Shown here: one piece after another, positions 56,894 through 64,000 of the stretch
Position numbering within the stretch: the stretch's first letter is position 1
How the letters are laid out: every line of letters starts with the position of its first letter
Assembly (NCBI GenBank): GCA_033581555.1
Contig: JAVQSZ010000005.1
Location: 64,001 to 128,000 of the forward strand
Length of the DNA: 64,000 bases
Direction of reading: 5' to 3'
Source: Nitrososphaerota archaeon
GTDB lineage: Archaea; Thermoproteota; Nitrososphaeria_A; Caldarchaeales; Calditenuaceae
Made by a program: the position numbers and the translations under genes
The notes under the pieces: model-generated
What the model was told of the DNA's origin: nothing
The model's database searches: none
Seen by the model: only the letters and a program-made list of their open reading frames with translations

Positions 56894-57961
56894 TTAGCCC
56901 GTCGGTTTCGAAGCTCCGGAGCGGCGCTTCCCGTCACTATTGCCTCGCCCGTGCCTCGCAGCGACCGCGAACCACAGGCCCCCGCCAGCGTGGACGAACC
57001 TCGCCCTCCCGAAGCCCGAACGCGAGAGGAGCGACGAGAGCTCCCTCCTCGAGAGCATCGACCCTCCCTGCAGAGCGTAGTCGAGCGCGATGAACCTAAG
57101 GAGCGCGTCCTGCCTCGAGTCGCCCGTCCTTTCGGAGAGCCCCTCCGCCACGACCAGGAGCCCGCCGCGCCTCAGCGCCCTTCGGGCCGACCTCAGGACC
57201 CCGAGCCTGTCGGAGGCGACGCAGAGGACCTCGCCGAGGTAGACCAGGTCGAACTCCTCCCCGAATTCCAGCGACTCGCTGGTGCCCTCGACGAACGTCA
57301 AGCGGTCCGAGAGTCCAGCTTCCTCTGCCCTCCTCCTCGCGACCGAGATCGCGGCGCCGTCAGGGTCCACGCCGACCGCGGAGGCCGCTGAATACCTCAG
57401 GCAGAGCTCGACCGCCCACCCGCCGGTCCCGCAGCCGATGTCGAGGGCCCTCGCGCCCCTCTCGAGGACCGACCGCAGCCCCCTCACCCTCGGGACGACG
57501 AGCTCGAAGAAGGCCAAGTGGTCCCACCTCGTCGCCTCCGCGTACGCCTCTGTCAGGTGCCTCGCCCCATCGCTGTCGGCGCTCCCGCGGCCGAAGAGGG
57601 CGTCGAAGAGGTGGTAATCGAGGCTCCTCAGCGCCAGGTAGGAGAGCAACCCGCCGACGTAGCGGTGATCCCGATCGTCCAGGATGAGCGCCCTCGCGTC
57701 GCCCTTCAGCGCGTACCTCCCTCGCCTTCCCTTCAGCAGGCCCAGCTCGGCGGCCGCCTCGCACCAGAGCCCTACAGCCTTCCTGTCCAGACCCGTCAGC
57801 CTCGCGATCTCGCCGGGCCCCGCCCCCCTCCCCAGCCCGTCGAGCGCCCTCAGCAGCCCGTACCTCCTCCCCAAGTGAGCGACCCAGACCGACGCGAAGC
57901 CGGCCGCGCTCTCCCACGGGTCGAACAACTCTGGACCACCCACGGCCCCAGAGGGAGGCAT
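56894..57961 (-). CDS. Class I SAM-dependent methyltransferase with N-terminal winged-helix/dimerisation domain
   Basis: ALDIGCGTG, FDLVY, LRRGGLL. Confidence 0.85.
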   Translation of the reverse strand: MPPSGAVGGPELFDPWESAAGFASVWVAHLGRRYGLLRALDGLGRGAGPGEIARLTGLDRKAVGLWCEAAAELGLLKGRRGRYALKGDARALILDDRDHRYVGGLLSYLALRSLDYHLFDALFGRGSADSDGARHLTEAYAEATRWDHLAFFELVVPRVRGLRSVLERGARALDIGCGTGGWAVELCLRYSAASAVGVDPDGAAISVARRRAEEAGLSDRLTFVEGTSESLEFGEEFDLVYLGEVLCVASDRLGVLRSARRALRRGGLLVVAEGLSERTGDSRQDALLRFIALDYALQGGSMLSRRELSSLLSRSGFGRARFVHAGGGLWFAVAARHGRGNSDGKRRSGASKPTG

Positions 57962-58038
57962 GAGATTAACCGCTGATCAGGTCCCCACGCGGTCGACGTG
58001 TCTCGTTTACTAGGCGGCACCGATGGTCTCCGCGGGGA

Positions 58039-59832
58039 ATGAGCGGGTTCCTGAAGATGAGGGTCGCGGTCCTGGAGCTGGAGAGGTGCCAGCCCGACAA
58101 GTGCGGGACGCCCTGCATCACCTTCTGTCCTCCCGTGAGGAACGGCATCGAGGCGATCAGGCTGGCCTCCAATGGCTTCCCCGAGGTCAACGAGGAGCTC
58201 TGCATAGGGTGCGGGATCTGCGTCGCGAAGTGCCCGTTCGAGGTCATCACGATCGTGAACCTCCCCACCGAGCTCGGGGAGGACCTCGTCCACCAGTACG
58301 GCGTGAACGCCTTCAGGCTCTATAGGCTCCCCCACGTCGAGCAGGGGAAGGTCGTCGGGGTCCTCGGGAGGAACGGCATCGGGAAGTCGACGGCCTTTAG
58401 GGTCCTCTCGGGTCAACTGGTCCCGAACCTCGGAAGGCTTGAAGGGAGGGCGAGGTGGGAGGACGTCCAGCTGAAGTTCAGGGGGACGGTCCTCCAGGAC
58501 TACTTCAGGAGGGTCGCGTCCGGTCAGGTCAGGGTCGTCTTGAAGCCCCAGCAGATCGAGCAGATCTCCAGGGCAGTCAAGGGCACGGTGAGGGAGCTCC
58601 TGAGGAGGGCCGCGGGAGGGGAGGGGTACGAGGGGGTGACGAGGGAGCTCGAGCTGGACCGGATCCTCGACAGGGACGTCTCCGTACTCAGCGGCGGAGA
58701 GCTGCAGAGGCTCGCGATAGCCGCGGCGATCCTGAAGGGCGGCGACGTGCTGCTCTTCGACGAGCCGACGAGCTTCCTCGACATCAGGCAGAGGTTCAGG
58801 GTGGCGTGGGTCATCAGGGAGCTGGCCGCGAAGGGGAGGGGCGTGCTGGTCGCGGACCACGACCTCGCCTTCATGGACTACGTCTCGGACGTAGTCTTCG
58901 TCCTCTACGGCGACCCCTCGGTCTACGGGGTGGTCTCGGGGCCCTACGGCTCGAGGGAGGGGATCAACGACTACCTCGAGGGTTACCTGCCGCTCGACAA
59001 CGTGAGGTTCAGGAGCTACAGGATCGCGTTCCAGGTCAAGGGCCCCGAGGAGCAGCGCGAGGAGTCCGGATGGGGCCTCTACTGGCCCGAGATGACCAAG
59101 ACCTTCGAGGGCTTTAGGCTCAAAGTCCCCGAGGGCGGAATCGGAAGGGGCGAGGTCCTCGCTGTGGTGGGGCCCAACGGCACCGGGAAGACGACCTTCG
59201 TGAAGCTGCTGGCCGGCCAGCTCGAGGACGACAGCGGCCTAAGGCTCGAGTACGCCTCCGTCAGCTACAAGCCCCAGCACCCGGTCCCGAGGCCCGAGAC
59301 GGTCGAGGAGGTCCTCAAGGCCGCAGCGGGTGATAGGTTCGAGGGCGAGTTCGTCCAGTCGGAGCTGATCAGGCCACTGAGGATAGACAAGTTGGCGGAG
59401 AGGAGGCTCGACGAGCTGAGCGGCGGCGAGCTCCAGAAGGTCTCGATAGTCGAGGCGCTCTCGAGGGACGCGAAGATCTACCTGCTCGACGAGCCGAGCG
59501 CCTTCCTCGACGTCGAGGAGAGGTACAACGTCGCGAAGACCATCAGGAGGATCGCCGCCGACCTCGGCGCCCACGTCGTCTTGGTCGAGCACGACCTGAT
59601 GATCGTCGACTTCGCCGCGACCAAGGTGATGGTCTTCACCGGCGAGCCCGGCGTGAGGGGGGAGGCCCTGCCGCCCTCGGACCTGAGGACTGGCTTCAAC
59701 GCGCTGCTCAAGGAGCTCGGCGTGACGTTCAGGAGGGACCACGAGACCAAGCGGCCGCGGGTCAACAAGCCTGGATCGAGGCTCGACAGGCACCAGAAGG
59801 AGGTCGGCGAGTACTACTACCTCTCGGCCTAG
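58039..59832 (+). CDS. Ribosome recycling factor ABCE1 (RLI)
   Basis: Fe-S domain CQPDKC...CP and CIGCGICVAKCPF, two ABC domains with LSGGELQ, RPRVNKPGS.LD. Confidence 0.96.
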   Translation: MSGFLKMRVAVLELERCQPDKCGTPCITFCPPVRNGIEAIRLASNGFPEVNEELCIGCGICVAKCPFEVITIVNLPTELGEDLVHQYGVNAFRLYRLPHVEQGKVVGVLGRNGIGKSTAFRVLSGQLVPNLGRLEGRARWEDVQLKFRGTVLQDYFRRVASGQVRVVLKPQQIEQISRAVKGTVRELLRRAAGGEGYEGVTRELELDRILDRDVSVLSGGELQRLAIAAAILKGGDVLLFDEPTSFLDIRQRFRVAWVIRELAAKGRGVLVADHDLAFMDYVSDVVFVLYGDPSVYGVVSGPYGSREGINDYLEGYLPLDNVRFRSYRIAFQVKGPEEQREESGWGLYWPEMTKTFEGFRLKVPEGGIGRGEVLAVVGPNGTGKTTFVKLLAGQLEDDSGLRLEYASVSYKPQHPVPRPETVEEVLKAAAGDRFEGEFVQSELIRPLRIDKLAERRLDELSGGELQKVSIVEALSRDAKIYLLDEPSAFLDVEERYNVAKTIRRIAADLGAHVVLVEHDLMIVDFAATKVMVFTGEPGVRGEALPPSDLRTGFNALLKELGVTFRRDHETKRPRVNKPGSRLDRHQKEVGEYYYLSA

Positions 59833-61163
59833 GGCCCGACTCCCTGCAAGGTATCTCGCCCCTCGCGGTCTCGGCCCCTCCTCCCCGGCCCGCTCGTCCT
59901 GCCGGACCTCGCCCTCTTGGACGGACCGCTCTGGGAGTCGGCGACGATCACGTACCTCCTCGGGTAGGGGATCTCGATCCCGTTAGCCCTGAACTCTTTG
60001 TGGATCTGGTAGAGGAGCTCCCTCGCCAGCTGGAAGCCCGTTGTTTGGTCCTTCGCCCTCACCAGCAGCCTCAGCCTTATCCCCGACTCTCCCAGCTCCA
60101 TCACCTGGACCTGCGGGAGCCCTGGCGCCGGCAGGAAGAGCGGGTGCCGCTCCGCGAGCTCCCTCATGATGCTCATAGCCTTGTCGAGGTCGCTCTCGTA
60201 GCTCACGTCGACGAAGACCGGGACCAGCATCGTCGGGTCTATGGCAGAGTAGTTCACGATTACCTCCGACTGGAAGACCGAGTTCGGGACCACGAACCTC
60301 CTGTTGTCCCAGGTCCTGAGGATAGTGTGGAACAGCTTGATGTCCTCCACGAAGCAGAAGTCGTTCCTAAACATCAGCGCCTCGCCTATCCTGAACGGGT
60401 GCGAGAGCGAGATCATCAGCCCCGAGATCAGGTTCGAGAGCGTCGACTGGGCCGCGAGGCCTATCACGATCGAGAGGAACCCGGCCGCGATCAGGGATGA
60501 CGTCGCGATCCCGAGGAGCTCCGGGAACGTCACCAGCAGCGCCGCCAGCGCCCCGAGGAGTCCGACGAAGATGACTAGTACTCTCCGGATGAAGGTGAAC
60601 GCGGTCATCGAGCTCTGATCGGTCGCGACCCTCTCGTAGAGAGCGCGGGTCAACAGGAGGTCGAGGACGGCCGCGGCGACGTAGGCGACCAGCAGACCAG
60701 TGAAGAGGTTCAGCACTCTCCACCAGAACTCGGAGATCTGTGGTGCGATGTGGGAGCGGAGGACGATCTGCGTCGCCGCTATCACGCTCAGCAGCAGCAC
60801 TCCCGCGTTCAGGACCCTCCCTATGCCTCTCTCAGCGACCTTCTCGACCGTGAGGTCAGAGACCTGACTGATCAGCGCCCTCACCGCCAGCGCCAGCGCG
60901 ACGATCCCCGCGACGAATCTGGGGTTGTTCGGGTCCAAGTACGGCGAGAGGTCCGCAGGGAAGACCTGGACCAGCTCCGCGAACGCCAGCGCTACCAGGT
61001 TGCCGACGACCAGGGCTAGCAGCGCGGCCCTTAGCCTCAGCAGGAACCTCCTCACGCCCGCGATCCCCTGCAGCCTCTGGGCCATCCTCCCCATCAGGTA
61101 CCAGGCTCCGACCGCGAAGGCGACGGTCACCGCTGTCTCCAGGATCAGCCCCAGAGGGACCAC
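59829..61163 (-). CDS. MscS-family mechanosensitive channel
   Basis: GLAAQSTLSNLISG, PFRIGE, VPNS, GIEIPYPRR. Confidence 0.9.
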   Translation of the reverse strand: MVPLGLILETAVTVAFAVGAWYLMGRMAQRLQGIAGVRRFLLRLRAALLALVVGNLVALAFAELVQVFPADLSPYLDPNNPRFVAGIVALALAVRALISQVSDLTVEKVAERGIGRVLNAGVLLLSVIAATQIVLRSHIAPQISEFWWRVLNLFTGLLVAYVAAAVLDLLLTRALYERVATDQSSMTAFTFIRRVLVIFVGLLGALAALLVTFPELLGIATSSLIAAGFLSIVIGLAAQSTLSNLISGLMISLSHPFRIGEALMFRNDFCFVEDIKLFHTILRTWDNRRFVVPNSVFQSEVIVNYSAIDPTMLVPVFVDVSYESDLDKAMSIMRELAERHPLFLPAPGLPQVQVMELGESGIRLRLLVRAKDQTTGFQLARELLYQIHKEFRANGIEIPYPRRYVIVADSQSGPSKRARSGRTSGPGRRGRDREGRDTLQGVGP

Positions 61164-61208
61164 GCCCGCGGCCTCTGAGCCCGACGCTATTTACCGAGCG
61201 CGTCACGG

Positions 61209-61324
61209 TGCGGGGGGTGGGATTCGAACCCACGAACCCCTTCCGTCTGGCCGAGCCTACGGGGAGCGGCTGCCCCATCGCCGGATCTTGAGGCCGCCGC
61301 CGTTGACCGCTTGGCTACCCCCGC
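61209..61324 (-). tRNA. tRNA-Leu(CAA) with two introns (61272-61286 at 37/38; 61241-61256 in the variable arm)
   Basis: GCGGGGG acceptor, GCGGC-CTCAAG/A-GCCGC anticodon arm, GTGGG-TTCGAAT-CCCAC T-arm; both inserts form bulge-helix-bulge motifs; 85 nt after splicing. Confidence 0.9.
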
Positions 61325-61427
61325 CATCCCCGTGAACCGCTCCGTTAGGGATAAACGTCTCGCCGGGTCGGAGGCCTCGCTCGCCTCGCGAATGGGTTTT
61401 AGGCGACGCTGCCAGATCGTCGCAGGG

Positions 61428-63302
61428 GTGTCGATCAGGAGGGCGATGGAGGAGGCCCGAAAGGCGCTCGAGAGGGCTGGCGTCAGGGAGCCGAGGGTCG
61501 TCCCCACCAAGAGCCTCGCGTTCGGGATCGTGACCAGCACCTCGGCCTTCGAGGAGGCGAAGGAGAGGGGGATCGACGCGATGGCCTACGCAGAGGAGGT
61601 CGCGGCGAGGGCGAGGCAGCACACTGGGCCGCTGCTCGCGGAGGTCAGGGCCGCCCAGCCCGGCTACGTCAACTTCTACCCCGACTGGAGGAGGTTCTCA
61701 GAAGACGTCGTGAGGGGGGTCCTCGAGGACGTGAGGTCGTTCCTCTACGAGGGCCTCGGCGGCGGCGAGGTGGTGGTCGAGCACACGAGCGTCAACCCCA
61801 ACAAGGCCCTCCACGTCGGCCACGCGAGGAACGTCTGCATCGGCGACACGGTCTACAGGCTGATGTCGAAGGCCGGGAGGAGGGTCACGGTCCTCAACTA
61901 CGTCGACGACAGCGGCGCCCAGATGGCCGAGCTCCTCCTCGGTTTCACCGAGCTCGGGTTCGACCTGAACCCCCCGCCGGGCATGAGGTTCGACGAGTAC
62001 TGCGGCGACTCGGTCTACGTCGAGGTGAACAGGCGCGCGAAGGTCGACCCCGAGATCGAGGCGAAGAGGAGGAGGGTCGCGAAGGAGTTGGAGGAAAGAG
62101 GCTCGGACGCGTTCAAGCTCTCGAGGGAGATAGCTCTGAGGGTCCTGAGGGACCAGCTAAGCACCTGCTACAGGCTCGGCGCGAGCTACGACCTCCTCGT
62201 GAGGGAGAGCGACGTCGTGGTCTCCGGCCTCTGGGACGAGGCCTTCTCGAGGCTGAAGGAGAGCGGGGCCGTCTACCTGGCCGACCGCGGGTCGAAGGCC
62301 GGGTGTTGGGTCGCGGACCTCTCCGGCCACCCGGTGCTCTCGAAGGAGGGGGACGAGGTCCTGGTGAAGAGCGACGGCTCTACCACCTACGTCGCGAGGG
62401 ACATAGGGTTCGCGCTCTGGAAGCTCGGCGAGTCGAGGACTTCGCTGAGGTTCTCCCTCTGGGACGTCAGGGACGGCAGGCCCACGTACATCTCGTCTGA
62501 AGAGGGCGTGTCTCTGAGGCCCAACTCCCCGAGCCTCGTGATCACTGTGGTCGACTCGAGGCAGAGGCGCCCGCAGGAGGTCGTGAGGTACGCGCTCTCG
62601 AGGATCGGCGTCAGCGCAGACAGGTACCTCCACTACTCCTACGAGCCCGTCCTCCTCTCCAAGAGGTCCGCGGAGATGCTCGGGGCGAAGGCGGAGCGGT
62701 CCGCGGTCCAGATGAGCGGGAGGGAGGGGATCTATTTCAAGGTCGAGCAGGTCCTCGACAAGCTGGTCGAGGTCGCGGCCAGGGAGACGTCGTCGAGGAG
62801 GCCCGAGTGGCCGTCCGAGAGGGTCCGGGAAGTGGCTGAGGCGATCGCGGTCGGCGCGTTCAGATACGGGATGCTGAAGGTCGACAGCGACAAGCAGATC
62901 GTCTTCGACATCGAGGAGTCCCTCAGGCTCGAGGGCGACACGGGACCGTACCTACAGTACTCGGTCGTGAGGGCGAGGAAGATCTTGCTGAAGGCGGAGG
63001 AGGCAGGAGTCGAACCGTCGCCAGCTCCCTCAGAGGACCTCACGCCGCACGAGATGCAGCTGGTGAGGGAGGTCTCCGTCGCGCCGCTCGCCCTTGAGGA
63101 CACCGTCAAGGCCTTGAGGATAAGGACGCTCGTGACCCAGGCCAGGACGCTCGCGACCGTGTTCAACGAGTTCTACGAGAGCTGCCCTGTGATCGGGGGA
63201 GGTCCGAACGCCGGCTTCAGGCTCAGCTTGGTCGCCGCGTACGCCAGGGTACAGGAGGAGTTGCTGGAGACGCTCGGCGTTCCGGTCCTCGACGAGCTGT
63301 AG
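61428..63302 (+). CDS. argS: Arginyl-tRNA synthetase
   Basis: PGYVNF, VEHTSVNPNKALHVGHARN, KSDGSTTY, MSGREG, GDTGPYLQY, FYESCPV; start placed after tRNA-Leu. Confidence 0.93.
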   Translation: MSIRRAMEEARKALERAGVREPRVVPTKSLAFGIVTSTSAFEEAKERGIDAMAYAEEVAARARQHTGPLLAEVRAAQPGYVNFYPDWRRFSEDVVRGVLEDVRSFLYEGLGGGEVVVEHTSVNPNKALHVGHARNVCIGDTVYRLMSKAGRRVTVLNYVDDSGAQMAELLLGFTELGFDLNPPPGMRFDEYCGDSVYVEVNRRAKVDPEIEAKRRRVAKELEERGSDAFKLSREIALRVLRDQLSTCYRLGASYDLLVRESDVVVSGLWDEAFSRLKESGAVYLADRGSKAGCWVADLSGHPVLSKEGDEVLVKSDGSTTYVARDIGFALWKLGESRTSLRFSLWDVRDGRPTYISSEEGVSLRPNSPSLVITVVDSRQRRPQEVVRYALSRIGVSADRYLHYSYEPVLLSKRSAEMLGAKAERSAVQMSGREGIYFKVEQVLDKLVEVAARETSSRRPEWPSERVREVAEAIAVGAFRYGMLKVDSDKQIVFDIEESLRLEGDTGPYLQYSVVRARKILLKAEEAGVEPSPAPSEDLTPHEMQLVREVSVAPLALEDTVKALRIRTLVTQARTLATVFNEFYESCPVIGGGPNAGFRLSLVAAYARVQEELLETLGVPVLDEL

Positions 63303-63349
63303 CCCCGGAGGCGTCAGGACTAAATTATCCGAGCGAGGAGGTGCACCGG

Positions 63350-63443
63350 GGGCCGGTAGATCAGCGGCAGATCGCCCGGTTCGCACCCGGGTGACGCGAA
63401 GGGCGTCCGGGAAAGGTCCGGGGTTCGAATCCCCGCCGGTCCA
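63350..63443 (+). tRNA. tRNA-Ala(CGC) with a 22-nt intron at 43/44 (63392-63413)
   Basis: GGGCCGG/CCGGTCC acceptor with G3:U70, CCCGG-TTCGCAC-CCGGG anticodon arm, CGGGG-TTCGAAT-CCCCG T-arm; 72 nt after splicing. Confidence 0.9.
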
Positions 63444-63508
63444 TCACCTCCGCGGTGTCCCGTAGCTCCGCGACGAAGTCTCGAGGTCAGGGCCCTCTAG
63501 ATCTCAGA

Positions 63509-63583
63509 CGGGCCCGCCGGGACTCGAACCCGGGACCTCCGGCTCCGCAGGCCGGCGCCCTGTCCATGCTAGGCCACGGGCCC
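63509..63583 (-). tRNA. tRNA-Arg(GCG), intron-less
   Basis: GGGCCCG acceptor, CCGGC-CTGCGGA-GCCGG anticodon arm, CCGGG-TTCGAGT-CCCGG T-arm. Confidence 0.95.
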
Positions 63584-64000
63584 TCCGGTCGTCAACGCCT
63601 CTGCTCGTTTTATTAACTTCCCGAGACCTCCGGCGGCAGGTCCTGATCGCGCGCATCGCCCATCCCGGATACTCTCCCCTTATCGGAATGGAGTTAGGGG
63701 CTCGATGAGCTGACACCGCCACGCTCAACACGTGCGCGGCATAGTCGACGGGAAGCCTGATCAGATGCTGACGAAATGGGAGCAGAGGGCTGAAGTGATG
63801 GTGATCAGGCGGGTCCGAAGTCTTGCAGTTCCTCTACTCTGTGAAGGACGGTGGTCTCTTACCGGGCCAAACCCCTCATCGCGCTCGGTGGTCAAAGGCA
63901 GCCTTTAATGGATTGAAAAGCGCCCGATCATTACGATTATCGAACCAAAAAGAGTCTAGATTTGTTGTGACAACCGCACGTGGTGCGCCATTCGGCAGAT

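Noticed and set aside
61311-61427. N-terminal extension of ArgRS in the ORF track
   Set aside because: Overlaps tRNA-Leu and its promoter; the real start is near 61428-61446
1-64000. CRISPR arrays, IS elements, rRNA genes, tRNA-linked att duplications
   Set aside because: No regularly spaced repeats, transposase or integrase ORFs, rRNA-like sequence or duplicated tRNA 3' ends were seen

Overview
GC-rich archaeal chromosome segment, densely coding. The gene set (crenactin, aCPSF1, Topo VI-A, single-OB SSB, PolB2, SBDS, ABCE1, intron-containing tRNAs) suggests a thermophilic Thermoproteota lineage, most likely Caldarchaeales ('Aigarchaeota'); this placement is inference. The window holds about 55 protein genes and three tRNAs: Leu-CAA with two introns, Ala-CGC with a 43/44 intron, and Arg-GCG. 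No CRISPR array, transposase or integrase was seen. Most genes are housekeeping or metabolic. The most notable items are: (1) a short hinge-less SMC-like ATPase plus kleisin directly upstream of a PolB2 operon whose promoter carries a phased array of ANTTTC DNA-damage elements; (2) a stand-alone NurA-like/HerA-like pair with two related winged-helix genes; (3) at least four conserved genes that appear to need CTG or ATC initiation; (4) crenactin without its usual arcadin neighbours, behind a zinc-finger microprotein and a duplicated AT-rich promoter; (5) non-canonical tRNA introns; (6) a disrupted membrane-protein gene with a G15 tract. All family calls come from motif recognition by eye, not from database searches.
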